Assembly (NCBI GenBank): GCA_965645245.1
Contig: OZ287077.1
Coordinates: 1,488,001 to 1,552,000 of the forward strand
DNA: 64,000 nt
Reading direction: 5' to 3'
DNA from: Massalongia carnosa
Lineage: Eukaryota
Part shown: piece after piece, positions 12,215-26,225 of the stretch
Layout of the letters: each line of letters begins with the position of its first letter
Position numbering within the stretch: the stretch's first letter is position 1
Notes under the pieces: generated by a model
Seen by the model: the letters and a program-made list of their open reading frames with translations, nothing else
Database searches by the model: none
What the model was told of the DNA's origin: nothing
Made by a program: the position numbers and the translations under genes

Positions 12215-14475
12215 ATGGTGGTCGGCACGAAAATCCCCACATCGAACCGGCGACGACGTACGCACGGCTCTGTTTCTCACCAGCTACGCTCACGTTCAGA
12301 CGATAAAACCTCGGATTCTACAGTTGTGGATTCATCCGATCCAGATCATCGGCCGGATGTGGAAGAGCTGCGTCGAGTCCGCGCCGAATTCTACAACAGA
12401 CCGCTACAAGATCGTCGAAGAGCCCCCCGGAATGAAATGGAACCTAACACCTCAAGAAGAAGAGCATCGCGCGTGAAGCAGCCATTAGCGAATGCACCCG
12501 AAGTTGTAGCGCAAGAAGCACGGAAGAAGCATGATTCAGAACGTCGTCATCACAGGAGGAAAGTCAAGGAAGAACTGGCTGGTGGGGAAGACTATGTATA
12601 TAGGTATGTGGGTGACGATCAAAGGAGTAGGGCACCAGAAAAGCTTCAATATAAGCGGAGACCGACCACCACGACAACCAAGAGCAAGGATGAGCCTGAA
12701 ACGGTCCGAGTTAGGGGGGCGAGTTTATCGAGGAGAAATACTGCAAGAAGAACCTCGCACCAACGGGAGGATACGAATCCCCCTTCACGACTTGATCGTC
12801 GTTTATCTTCTGATGCAAATGTTAACAATGTCCGCTCACGCCCTACAGTTGCTAGGTAGATGAAGCCATTCATATCGTCAGAACCTATGCTGATCGTGTT
12901 TTATCAGGAGCTCTTCTATGCGCGAAACCCACACCGCTCGAATATCGCGATCCCCACTGACGAGAAGCCAAACCACATCTCGCAAAGCCCGACGCTCGTC
13001 CTTTTCGCTGTCTACACCACCTGTTGTGAAGGAAAAGTTGGAAAGAAGAACATCAAGTGCAAAAAATAATCAACGCGCTCCTAGTATTTTTAGTGCCATA
13101 TTTGGATTGCCTAAACCTGTAGAACCTGTTCCGGAGAAACAGTACGCTGCGACTGAGATTTACATATTTGCCGTTGCTGACATGTTGCAGAGTCGAATGT
13201 CTGACTTGTCTCTCCTCCGACATACCCATTTCCAAATCCGCCAAACTCGCATGCCAACACCGGATGTGCCATTCCTGTCTTCGTCGAATCTTCACCATGT
13301 CTGTCTCCGATCCTCAGCATATGCCACCCAAATGCTGCACTCAAGAGCACATCCCTCTGAAGCATGTTGAAAAACTCTTTGACCTGCGCTTCAAAATGAA
13401 ATGGAACCAAAAATACCAAGAATACACCACCAAAAATCGTATTTATTGCCCCGCCAAGGGCTGCGGCGAATGGATCAAGCCTGCCAACATCCACACAGAC
13501 TCCTCCAATGGCAGCCGCAAATACGGCAAATGTGCTCGCTGCCGAACAAAGGCCTGCACGATATGTAACGGCAAATGGCACGCCAGCCGCGACTGCCCCA
13601 AGGACGAAGCAACGCAGCGATTCGCCGAGATCGCCAAAGAGCAAGGCTGGCAACGCTGCTTCAACTGTAGCGCTATCGTCGAACTAAAGGAAGGCTGCAA
13701 CCACATGACGTGCCGGTGCCGGGCCGAGTTCTGCATGATCTGCGGCCTCAAGTGGAAGACGTGCAACTGTCCCTGGTTCAACTACGAGGCTGTCGAGAAT
13801 GATCGTCTGAATCACTTGAATTTTGCCCAGCGCCGCGCGGGGCCCGCCCTTGGAGTAGCACCTGCGGTAGCGCACCCCAACCCTGCGCTTGGCTACCAGG
13901 AGGAGCTTGATCGTCGCCGCGAGCAGGAACGCCGAGACGAAATGCTAGCGCGCCGAATGCAAATCCTCGGTCTCGACGCCATCACTCGTCCCGACCACCC
14001 TACCCCAAATTTCTTCCGCCCTCCGCCTCCTCCCCCACCTCCTCTAGCTCCACACCAAGACTTCCTCCTACACGCTGCCAATATTCTTTCAGGCACCTAC
14101 GGCCCTGCGCCTGCTCATCGTATGCCACTGCCGCGCCACCAGCTGCCTTTGCCGAGAGGGCAACCGTTTCCAGGACAACAGCCGGACGGTCGCCACCACG
14201 AGCGCGCTCAGGTAAGGCCTATCGAGCGGGTTATACCGCGGCGTGCCGTGGTCAACGACTACGCCGCTGAAGAGGAAAGGCACAACCGACCGGTTGTGGA
14301 TGGTGTGGGGGCGGGTGCGGGTGCGGTTGCGGATATGGGAGCTGGAAATGGCAATGGCACTGGCAACGGGAACCTGGTAGGGGGTGGAAGGAGACATAGC
14401 GCGCTAGCGGGGCTGACGAGGAGGACGGTGGAGGGCCGCGTTGACGAGTGGAGGAGACATGTTGGTGATGATTGA
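12215..14475 (+). CDS. RBR (RING-IBR-RING) E3 ubiquitin ligase
   Basis: Introns 12856-12907 and 13142-13190 join three ORFs in frame. RING1 CLTC..CQHRMCHSC..CC, IBR YCPAKGCG..CARC..CTIC..WH..C, RING2 CFNC..EGCNHMTCRC..FCMIC. Confidence 0.9.
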
Positions 14476-15133
14476 CGATTGAGGGGAGTTTTTTTTTTGA
14501 AAATGAGCGAGCGAAAGCGGGCGGTTTCAGTGCATTGGATTTAGCAGCAGTAGCAGCAGCAGTAAGCGACTCAGGAGAAGTTGGATGTCTATCAATCAAC
14601 CATGAACGAATGAATGAGCTTTTTGTATCTGTATTTCTCTCTCTCTCTCTCTTCACATCTCCACTTCACTGCACTTCACTCCACTCCCAACCAAGCAACC
14701 AAGCAGCTTCCACACATCCATACCTTCATATTGCCCCCCATCGCGAAACCGGGGGGGGGGAAGCGAGGAGAGATGAGGAGGAGGGGATTCGCCAGGAAAG
14801 AGACCCGATAGCAGCAGGCAGCGAGGGAGTCCACATGTACTTGAAGAAGGGGAGAGGTTTACGGATTCTATTTCTATTTCTCCGTTTATTTCCATACATC
14901 GTCATCCCATCTCGAGTCAGTTTGTTGGTACCGCTCCAGGGATAACCGAACCAAAATCAACTCAATCGCTCTTATCTTGTTTTTTTTCCCGGAAGGGTGA
15001 GTGGGGATAGGTGGGTTTCCCTCAGAAAGAAAGACAGCAGGAAGTGTGGGGGGAAAATGAACAAAATGGTGTGTTCCGTATTATCAGTTATCTAAGCTAA
15101 CTCTCTAAGATAGCCCCTTCAGCCAGTCCTTTC

Positions 15134-16791
15134 TCATTTCAACCCATGATCCCCTTCCCCCTTCTCCTTCTCCATCTTCCTCTCCCACCAATCCCGCAAC
15201 CCCATCACGTCACACCCCTCAACCCCAACCGGATCCCTCACGAACCACTTGCGCCCTCCACAATGCTGCGGATACACATTCAACATCCCCCTTTCCCACT
15301 CATGGGTCGTCATGCTGCGGAACAGCGCCACCGTACCCACCTCGGGCACGAAGCTGGCGGGATCCACAAACACGCTCACGAGCACGCGCTTGTCGGTGCT
15401 AGGATCCATGATGCGGATGTCGCGCTTGAGCGGCATAGAGGGGGGTTTGATGGTGGTCGGATCAACGTGGCAGACCACGGCGAAGACGTCATGGACTTTG
15501 TTTCTGGTAGCGTTGCGGCCGGTAAGGGAGGCGAGGGTGCGAATGTTTAGGGGACGGGTAATAGGGAGGAAGGGTTTGGGGGGTTTGAGGGAGGAAGGGG
15601 GTTTTAGAGGGTGGAATGAAGAGGTTGTGTTTGATTTTGTGAGTTGATACTCCTTTGTGGTCATTGTTTGAGTGGGCCTTGTTAATGTGTTGCCCTTGTC
15701 AGGCGTTTTATCGTGATCGATGTTACTATGCTTTGCCGGCGTTGTAGGGGTCCGTTCTGCCTTGAAAGGGGATTTGGCCCTCGTCCCGTCGTTGGAAATA
15801 TTGCTTTTGGCAGCAAACGCATCTTCAGCCATCTTTGTGATTTTAAGGATCTTTGGCGTAAGGTTTGAATCAATCTCCTCAAAGGATTCATCTTTTCTCC
15901 TCTTCTTGTGCTCCGAGGATGGAGACTCGATGGGTGAAGAGATGGATGAACATCGTTTTCTCCACCTAAACTCTGAGGGGTACTTCGTAGGGGTAGCAAA
16001 TGATTCATATCTATTTTCCTTTTGATGCTCCAAGGAGGTATATTTGAGAGGCATAGCAAATGGGTTTATACCAGAACCTCCCGGTGTGTTAACATCCCTC
16101 TTAGAATGGGGCTCTCGCAATGACTCTGGAGTAGAGTCGTAAGGAATAGAGCTATTCTGACTGCCATGGCCCTCTCTCTGCTGCGAGTTTGGCTTGGTCA
16201 CCTCGAGTATACGGCGCTTGGTGGATCCATACCGCTCATCTATATGCTTAACGGACTGGCGCTGTGGAGTTTTGATGAGTTCCACATATAGGTCATGCCT
16301 CTCCTCGTCCACATCGTCTCTTGCCTCTTCTCCGATGGTATACAAGTCTTCGATGATTAGGTATCTATTAGTGGATCCGTTAGTGTAGGAAACAGAAAAT
16401 GCATGAACGTCTTACAAGACGCTTCCATTTCCGGACAGCTTCCTGCCCCTTGCCAGGCGATACGCCCTTAAGATAACATATGAGCCTTCCCGGACGTCCA
16501 AGCTAGTGAGGTGTCCATGACACTTGCGCTTGAGCACAGCTAGAAGAGGACCCATGAGTCTTAGATATTTTCTTCTCTTATGTGACCAACGTTCGTACCT
16601 TGAATAGATCTATCTCCATCGGTCAAGTAAAGGCGATAGGCTTTCCTGCTCGTTGAACGCTCGGTAGATGGTAAAGTGACAGTTGAGATCCGGTCAACAA
16701 GCAGCTTCAGGTCAGGGAAACAGACTTGAGTACGAGCTAGTTCTTCGATGACTGGCTTTAAGCAAAGGTCAGGCTGCCTTCTTTCATCCAT
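15134..16791 (-). CDS. OB-fold protein with RPA70N-like N-terminal domain, disordered linker and C-terminal OB-like domain
   Basis: Exons 16791-16599, 16539-~16415 and ~16364-15134 splice in frame. N-terminal domain AYRLYLTDGDRSIQAVLKR..VREGSYVIL; C-terminal domain DVFAVVCHVD..RDIRIMDPS..VLVSVF..VGTVALFR..GMLNVY. Confidence 0.7.
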
Positions 16792-17363
16792 TGTAACCCA
16801 AAGGCCGCAAAGGCGGATGGTGGGAATGGACTATCATGTGTAGCCGCGAATGCATGGTTTTGCCAGGCATAAAATAATATAGAACTGATCTGAGGATTTT
16901 TTTCGGGTTAAACCGTTCTTTGAAAATAAGAAATGGAAGCCTGGAAGAATAAGGATGGATGAAGTGGCCGAATTGGGCTGCGTTTTCAACGTGTCACACG
17001 CGCGTGCATGAAGTGCTGTCACGTGAACGGTGATGACGAACTACTCTGCTTACTCATCCCTGGGAAACGATATGACCACATCATCATTCTTGAGAGACTT
17101 TGATTTATACATCCTACTCCCTTCAACACACACTCCATCACTATACCGAGTACTCTGTATTCTGTAGCTACTCTTCAAGATGTTCAAAGGTGCGCGGGGA
17201 AGGTCGCTTAGTGCATCTTGGAAGACCCCAATCCTGGATTAGAACCTTCTCTTCTTCGAAGACTTCTTCGAAGACATTTCCAGGCTAATGAGGCACATGA
17301 GGAGATTGGTGACACAAATGCTAACGAAGTAGGAACTGGTTTTATCCAGCGCCTGACTACATT

Positions 17364-20300
17364 ATGTCTCAGGACCGCTTGCTCTCAGCAGTAACAGTAC
17401 AAGATAGTGCATCTTATGGCCCCAATAGGGCCGGTCTCAGCGACGGGGTTACAAAGCTTCACAGTGTCACGGGTATTAATCTCGGAGGGATGCGAAAAGG
17501 GAGGAGTAGCGCTTTGGATACGACCAGGGCTCCTGAACGTTCTAATTCCCGACGATATCAGGACGAGGATGCGCAAAATCTAGAAGATAGTATAGAAAGG
17601 CAGGATTCGAAAAGCATTCCTAATCAGGATGCCGATCGCAAAAAAAGCGGGCCAGGACGATCTTTTGACGGCCAATCACCTACGGGAAGCGAGGATGAAT
17701 ACAGGAGTTCAGCGGATGAGACTATTGATATTGATGGCATCAGCTGGAATGACGAAAATAATCCCGATGATTCCCTGTAAGCTATCTTCAGAGCGCCTAT
17801 GCACAAAGTGGCATATTTACTACCTCTTATGTCTTTCAATGAAATCTCTGGAGGATATTCTGTCTTATCGGATACTCACATAACCGTCTTTTGTTTTTAC
17901 CAGCCTTGAGCTTCCTTCCTATAGCCTATCATTACGTTACCATGTGGTTGCTCCTTTCGAAGAAATCTGCTCACTTGGAGATAGGTTCACTGAAGTGCGT
18001 GCTTTTGTATCTACCCTAGATGACACCTCGTTGTCAATCAGCAGTAGGTTTCTTCTTGGGTTGGGATGGAGTGGCTTCTAATTGGAATAGCACCAAGAAT
18101 GTGGGCTCTAGCTCTGTTATGTGCTCTTTTAGGATCATCCTCAAACCTTTTTTTCTCTCTTCGATATCCTAGCGTTTTTATTTCTCCCGTGATTGCTCTG
18201 GTCGTTGTTCATCCTCTGGGGCGTGCCTGGGACCGAATATTCAAACACTATGATGATCCAATTGAGGAATTCGATGATGGCGTTCGGAGGCAGTCGACAG
18301 CCGCACGAAACCATACCTCCCGAAAGCGCCGTTTGAGACTTTGGCTTGCTCAAGGCAAATGGAATGAGAAAGAACATACTTGTGTATATATCGCTAGTAA
18401 TGTTTCATTCGGTTTCGCGTTTGCCACCGATGTTGGTATATTCTTTCATCTACCGAACATACAGATCTAAGACCCTGTAGGTTATTGTCGAACAAACCAA
18501 GTTTTACCATCAGAACCTCAGCATAGTGTATCAGCTTTTACTTATCATTTCTACCCAAATCCTTGGTTATGCCTTTGCTGGAATGACACGCCAATATTTA
18601 GTTAGGCCTCCGGGGATGATTTGGCCTGGTACTCTTATGTCAACTGCAATGTTCAGCACGATGCATAAGTCAGAGAACAAGACCGCTAATGGGTGGAACA
18701 TACCCCGCTGGAAATTCTTCCTCATCGTCTGGTCTGGAGCTTTTGCTTGGTACTTTGTACCGGGTTTGTTGATGCCTGCATTAAGTTATTTCAGTGTACT
18801 GACATGGTTTGCTCCCAAGAATGTGATAGTTGCAAATCTAGTCAGTACCTGATTGTTGCATGAGGTTGTGGCGAGGCTAACATTCCAGTTCGGCGTCTCG
18901 TCTGGTCTTGGTCTATTTCCTCTAACATTCGACTGGGCTCAGGTGGCTTACATTGGCTCCCCCCTACTTACACCTTGGTGGGCTGCGGCGAATGTTGTTG
19001 GCGGATTAGTCATCGTAATGTGGATTATCGCTCCCATTATGTGTATGTGACCTATTGTTTCTAATTCGCCTCTTCTGACATATCACAGACTACAAGAACC
19101 TACTTTTCTCTTCATATATGCCTATACTGTCATCTGCAGTATTTGATGATACCGGCAAACCGTACGACGTGAGTAAGATCTTGACCAAAGATTTCTTATT
19201 CGATCACGAGGCATATAGAAACTACAGCAAAGTATACCTCCCAATCACGTATGCCTTGTCTTATGGAGTTCAGTTCGCAAGTCTTTCGGCGTTGATCACG
19301 CATACTGTATGCTGGCACGGTCGAGAAATATGGCAACAAACAATGAAGTCATTCATTAATGAAAAGAACGAAAGCATATCCGAGGATCAATCCATCCATT
19401 CTGGAGTAAGGGGTGTTGGTAGTGGAACGCAATATGCAACCCTTAGAAGCAAGAGCCCTATGGTTGAAGCCCGATTTGATGGCTTACTGGGTGGGAGAGA
19501 TGTCCATAACCGATTGATGGAGCGCTACGATGATGCCCCCCTTTCTTGGTATTTCGGTACTTTTGTTGTCATGCTGGTTATTGGGATCTTCGTTGTCGAG
19601 TACTACCCGGTGAACCTACCTTGGTACGGCCTTTTGCTCGCCCTCGCCATCCCGGCCCTTCTCTTCGTTCCCATTGGCATAGTCATGGCCATCACCAATC
19701 AACAAAGCAGCCTCTACCTGATCTGTCAAATAATTTGCGGCTTCATCTTTCCCGGCCGTCCTGTGGCAAACATGGTATTTGTGACATATAGTTACATCAG
19801 CTCGGCCCAGGGTCTCAAATTCTCTTCCGACCTAAAGTTGGGTTATTATATGAAGATTCCGCCAAAGATCCTATTCACGGTGCAAATGGTGGCGACGCTC
19901 GTTGCTAGTTTCACTCAGATTGGTGTCCTGAATTGGATGTTCGCCTATATCCCTAGCCTTTGCACAGTCGAAGCTATCAACGGATTCAGCTGCCCGATAG
20001 CAAGAGTACACTTTAACGGGAGTATTCTTTGGGGTGTGGTTGGACCTCAACGATTCTTTGGCGTAGGTACGCTTTACCGTCCTCTGGTATGGGCTTTCCT
20101 CATTGGTGCAATCGCTCCTATGATTGTCTGGTTTTTTGGACATCAAAGAAGCCCGGGTAGTATTTGGAGGAAGGTAAATTTTCCGGTGTTGTTTGGTAGC
20201 TTGAGCTATATTCCGCCTGCTGTAAGTCACTCACCCAGCTACCACCTCCGCACAGCGATTTTCCTTTTTCTCCTATAGAGTACACTAATCATTAAATACC

Positions 20301-20770
20301 TTTTCATCTAAAACTAGACTGGTCTCAATTTCTCAGTCTGGGCTCTTGTTTGTTTTACCTTCAACTCCCTTCTCCGCCGCCGCGCTCCCACCTGGTGGGG
20401 TAAATACACCATGACACTTTCTGCAGCGCTAGACTCTAGCCTCGCCTTCGCGGTTGTGGTTATCTTTTTCGGCGTCGTGTATCCCGGTTGGATGGCTGAC
20501 TTCAGGTGGTGGGGTACCGAGATTTACAAACAGGTGAGTTTTTAATTCTTCTGAGAAGAACAGCATCAGTTTGAATATTATAGACGAGGTAGTATTTCAA
20601 GAGCAAGATGTGCCATTTTTCTAGATCAAATCGATTCAATTCTTGAAAAATCATTGCGAGTCATGTACTAACGACTCATGGCGGGAAAACTCCAGGGCTG
20701 CGACTGGCACGCTTGTGTATACAAACCCCTTGCGCCTGGGGAGCATTTCGGTGGGGGGGGGAGGCATTGA
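17364..20770 (+). CDS. OPT-family oligopeptide transporter (about 8 exons)
   Basis: Motifs EVRAFV, WNEKEH, RQYLVRPPGMIWP, TFDWAQV, GSPLLTPWW, GRPVANMVF, DLKLGYYMKIPP, WGVVGPQR and WWG. Canonical GT-AG introns; stop TGA at 20768-20770. Confidence 0.92.
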
Positions 20771-22825
20771 TTTATCAACACTTCTAGGGTTGTTGACTCC
20801 TGTGCTCATTCTCGTCCCTTAGAGTCTCCTTTGTTTCTATCTCGGGTGGGATTATGAAGGACGCCTTCGTTTACGGTTATCTCTACACCCATTTGGTTTT
20901 AGCGCAGCTATAACTATTTTACAGCAAGTATCTTAGCTGATGCTCCCATATCTTTAATTATCTCGCATTATATCACAATATATACGTTGTTCGATAGAGT
21001 AGAAAAGAATGGCCGGTAAAAAACCTCATATCCCACCCCTTCAAAGATCAACGAGGCAACGGGATTTAGAATCGCTGGAACTTCTAAACTCGACAAAAGT
21101 CAACAAGTTCCATTTAATCTCATCAATCACAAGGCCTTTTTTGTCCAACTCTTGGTCTCATCGGACGTGACAAACGTATGGATGCCGCAACCTACCCATG
21201 CCACCGCGGCGACTCCAAGAACATCGAATCCCAATAACCACCAAATTTATACCAGCGAAACATCTTCCCACCCAGCGTGAAAAGCTAACCGAACAGTCAC
21301 ACCAAACCACCTAACTGGATACAATCAGGAGAAGCCCCACTCAACCAGAACCCAAGATATCGATCCCAAATTGCGTTTTCGCCTTACAGTGGAATGAAAC
21401 TGATCGATGTCATGACATATATTTCACCCAGCCTCCTCCCCTTTTCCATGTTATATCTTTCCGCTCATCAGAAGCTCCTTTTAGTACAGATTAACGTAAC
21501 ACAGCCTGAAGATATATTTCTATCTATATACGTATATGCTGGGATGGCTTGTCAAAAGGGATTTGTCACCAATGAATCTTAACATGATGTACCTGGCTTT
21601 TCTATTCGCCCGTTTTCTACGTCTCAGATCTCTTCAACCGCCACTTCTCCTCCAAGTCCACGGCATACCGCATCTGGTTTGTATCTACCTACTTATCTCG
21701 CCAAACATCCATCTCATCGATTTTTACAAAAGACCTAGTCCCAGTCCCAATCCCGGGCATCAGCCTCATTCACCACCACCGCTCCTTCTCTTTCCCCATC
21801 CATTCAATTCCTCTCCCCACACCCCCTATTTTGACTTTCCAAGAAGAAAAGATTTTTATAACTTACGAGGAACTATCATACATACGAATACACATACACT
21901 ATATCTCAATCAACAAAACTTTGGATTGATTGATTAATTGATTTATTAAATCAGTCAATCACTTCAAAATCCTTCCTGCGAAAACTAAATAAAAATGACT
22001 CAATGCATAAGATAATATCTGGCTTTGTTTGTGAATACCTATGGATTTGTTATTTTCATTAAAAACTTATGTATTAATAGCGTGGCGTGGCATATCGAGG
22101 CGAGGCGTGATTACTTCATTGACCGATTAGTAGGGAAGTTTGTGGCGTAGCGTGAAGCGGTTGATTGATAAGTCATGAAGGAAGGAAGGGTGATAGGAAT
22201 TTGGGGGGGGGGGAAACATGGGATGATGATGACAAGGGGTAGGGGGCATAGATGAAGACATGGATACATGATAATGATAATGATAATGGTAAGAGAAGGA
22301 AAAGCCCCCCAAAAAAGAGAATAAACCGAAGACGAACTACCCATCTAGCGAAGTCAACATACAGAAACTCGCAGTCAGTTTAATCAAGATAAATAGACGA
22401 AGCCTAAGCCAAGCCAAGCCAAGCCAGATAACTCGATAAGATGGAATATATAGCCCGATATACAGACAGGTAGACAGACATAGTAGTAGTAACAAGCTCC
22501 GGGAGACGGAACCAGGCAAGGGGCAACGAGAGCTAGAGAGATAAAGAGATAGATAGGTATGTATGTATGTTTGTATTGTTGTATTTGGGCATCCCCATAA
22601 ATTCCATTCCATTCCACTCTCCCTACCTACCTACCTAGATAGCTACGTACTCCTATTTCCCATAAAACTGACCCCCCAAGGGGGACACGAGTGTGTAAAA
22701 ATTAAACCCCTGCCTTTGAAATAGAGTAGTCCAGATCGCCGGATTTCAATCTCGCTCGCTATCCACGGTCCTCCGTCTCTACCCCGAGCTAAAGGAGAAA
22801 ACCAAGCCGCTGACCTCAACCCCCC

Positions 22826-25279
22826 CTACAGCGGCTTCAACAACTTGCTCGGGCGATCATAGCGCGAATTCTCGCGCATCAGCGCCGTGAAACGCGCTTT
22901 TCGCTCCTCGCCTACGACCTGACCTTTGAAGTACGCGAGTAGCTCGCCTACCTTGATGCCGGAGGGCGGGATGTGAGCGCGGAGTTCGGCAGCGGTGGGG
23001 AAGGGCGCGGTTGTGGGGTCTGAGTGGGGGAGGTTTCGTTAGTTGGGGGTTGGTTGATTGAACGGAAGAAGGGAAGGAAGGATAAGTGAGAAAGATAGAT
23101 GGGAAAGTGAGGGAAGGAAGGAAAGAGCGTACCGTCAAACCCACCGGTTTGCCCACTTCGCGCGGCAGTTTCTTGCCCTCCACCTCGAATCTCAGGACTG
23201 TCAGCCCGACTCGCAGGCGTGCTACCATCTTGTCCGACATTCTTTTTACCGAATTTCAGCTTGAGGCGCTGACGTGTGCCATCGCTCTTCTCGGCCCCGG
23301 AACCGACAGCCTCGTTATCACTGCCAGAACCTGCGTGACTGCGTGGCCCTTTGCTCGGTGATCGGGAGGCTTTACCAAGGATAGCGTCAGCAGGGAGGCG
23401 GGTTGATGAGGGTACGCGAGAATTGGAGAGAGCTGGACGGCTCATGTTTAGTTCTGGGGCTGAGGATGTGGGATGAACGGGGGATGTTGGTCTGGATGGG
23501 GGTTGTAGGGATGGTAATTGAGAAGATGGAAGGGAGTGTGGTTCTTTCTTCTGCTTTTTACGTGTCGATTCGGTACCACTTGCTTCTGAAAGATTAGGCG
23601 AGCCGGGGCGTTTGAGTGCGTTGGATGTAGAGTGAAGCTTTTTGGTGGGGTCGGAGTGTTTACTTGGACGGTGAGAGGGAGTGTTGTTGCCTTTGGACGA
23701 GGCCCCGGAAGAGATTTTTGATGGCCCTGCAGGTACGCCTTTCTCAATGTCGGACGGGTTGGGTTTTTTCTCCTCCTCCTTCTTACGTTCTTCTTTCAGA
23801 CGTTCGGTTTCGGTGTCGTCGGAGTCGGACTATGAGCCGGTCAGTTTGTATTGTTATCAATTTGACCATCGGGTTCACCTCTTCTGAGTAAGGATTATCT
23901 GCGGAGTCGGAGTCGTAGATATAGTTCTTTTCACGCCTTTTCAGCGCCTTCTTCACCCCTTTGCCAAGCTTCTTCTCCGCCTCCTTTTCCTTTCTCTCTT
24001 CTTGCTCCGCCAAATCATATTCCTTCTCCTCCTTGAGATCGAATATATTTGCCTGCAGTTGATCTCGCTTGATGCGCTCTTCTGCTTGCTTGGTTTCCTC
24101 ATCTTCGCCTTCAATCACATTCTCACCCTCATCATCCGCGAATTGATCCCCCTGAAAGTCCAGATCATCGGCGTCGGCCTGTTCCTGTTTGGTTCGGGGC
24201 GCCGCCGATCCACCGCCACCCGGCTCCTTCTCCCATTTGCCTAGAAACAGGCCTTTTGTGGCTTTCTTGTTCTTTTGCTCGTTTAGTTGCTCCTTGGTGG
24301 CTTCAAGCGACTGCATGAACCATCGGGGGTCCTTGAATTTTTTCCCCATACGGCTTTCGGCTTCCTCGATTGTCAAGGTCTTGAATTGGTTTTTGGGAGT
24401 AAATTTATACCACTTATTCAACGGTTCCATTCGAAAGACATCGTCCTGCCCCCGTTCCATTTTGAAGAAAGTTTCCGACAAAGCAGCCTCGTAGCTCCCT
24501 ACCCAGATGCTACTACCTTCAAAATCCTCCAAGTGCCACGGAAGAGCTTCTTCGTATCTTAGTTTTGACCCCGCTCGCTGCTCGTCGGTCTGATCGTTTC
24601 GAAAGATTTGCTGCGTCTTCTTCTTGAAGACGTTGACCTTTTTCTGCCCTCCCGAGTTCGCGGACGGGGCGACTTGGGCCAGTTCGGCTTCTCGTAGAGC
24701 ATCTCTTTCCGCCCTAAGGATCTCCTGCCTCTCCCTCTCCTTGTCGTCTATTGTGACCTTCGGGTCAACCCCTCCCATCTCCGTGTCTTCCGCTTTTATG
24801 CTCCCCCCGCCAGCGGGTGGAGCACGAGGATCTCGGCGATGTAGCCTAACCGGCCGAACAAACTCCTCCGTGTTCCGAGGATCCACGGTCTTTTTGCTTG
24901 CGAATTTTGCAACGTGGTGCAATTGCATCAACGACCCTTTCGTCATGACTAGCGGATAATCGGTGTATGGAGCGACTGCAGGGGAGGTGAAGCCACTGAC
25001 TGGGTCTGGGCCATCTTGAATCACGGGTAAAGGGCGAGGAAGGGCCGGTGTGGGTCTTCCAGGATGTTGTGGCATGACCTGTGTCTGGCCATGACGGAGA
25101 AGTGGAAGACCATTTGAGCGCGAGGGAGCAAGGTGATCCATCCCAGGTGGTCGTTTTGGTCGCTTGTTCCTATCTTTGGGTCGAACCAAGGGATCGGCCT
25201 GTTTGGGTCGGCGCATTACCGGTTGCAACCCACCATTGGGCGTTCTCCCTGGTGTCTGATCTGCCGGTGAGGCGCTCAT
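22826..25279 (-). CDS. TFG1: Transcription initiation factor IIF alpha (large) subunit
   Basis: Motifs FVRPVRLHRRDPR, KLRYEEALPWHLEDF, WVGSYEAALS, KWYKFTPK..TLTIEEAE, FADD and KRPGSPNLSEASG. Introns at about 23830-23878 and 23021-23152; ends ..MRENSRYDRPSKLLKPL*. Confidence 0.92.
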
Positions 25280-25946
25280 GATTACACGTCACTGATTTGA
25301 GATATCGGGCGGGGCGGAGCTTAGACGATTCGTACCGATGTAATTCAGTGAGTTGAGGCTGGCGCGAAAAGGATTGGAGGATTGAGATGGCGGATAGCTA
25401 AGAAGAAATGGACATCAATTACCATAGCCAGCGCCGAACTTTCACTATTGCGCCATTCCAGTCGCGTAGTCTATTCTAGCGGTTCAAAATTGAGTTTCGG
25501 CGTCGCAAAACTCGACAAAGTTGTGTTGTGGGTGGAATGTTGAGGGCATGGCTCGATCAATATCTCCGAATGAAGTTGGCTGGCACAGGTGGAGGAGTAC
25601 TATGACCACGCCAGAGCAGTTAACGCCACAATGAAGTTGAGATACCAATGCATACTCTGGCATAAGCCTTACGCCTCCTGACCAATCCTTCACTTTCTAG
25701 TCCATATCAAGCCCTACGGGGCAAGTCGAGACGCATGCCGGGAAGCGCCAACTCCGATTGAGCTTAGCTTCATACGGGAGATCGACGCTGCATGAAATTT
25801 ACCGTTCCAAAAGCGGAGGTCGTATTGATCACTTGTTGAGAACGGATCATCTAAAGGTACCTAAGATATGGTAAGGTATGATAAAGTATAGGAAATCATC
25901 TACAAGGTGCTCTAAAGATAGGTACCTAGATAACCACCGTCGGTAC

Positions 25947-25954
25947 TGACGTCA
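25947..25954. promoter_or_regulatory. CRE/ATF-type palindrome TGACGTCA in the TFG1/nucleotidyltransferase divergent promoter
   Basis: Perfect 8-bp site visible in the sequence; function is inferred. Confidence 0.35.
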
Positions 25955-26225
25955 CAACGCTGGGTAATCAAATACCTGTAATAAACCGAGCTAAAGTTAT
26001 GGATTCTTCTGGCGAATTCAATACGTGCCTCACTGTACGTGAATACTCACTTTAGGTACCGCAAGGCTAAGGCTAACCAAGAGAATTACTCTTTCTCTTA
26101 ATAGTCCCAACCAAACATTTCATGTACCCTACTTCTTTATGATCACTGATTTCTGCCTGTGTTGCTAGAGGTCTTGTCAAACGTTCTATAGTGAAACAAG
26201 CTCCCCTCTTCAATTACCAGAAATT

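Noticed and set aside
21394..22800. ORFs in the low-complexity stretch between OPT and TFG1
   Set aside because: Made of short simple repeats (AGCCA, GTAT, ATTCC, ATAATG) and homopolymers; best read as UTR or intergenic.
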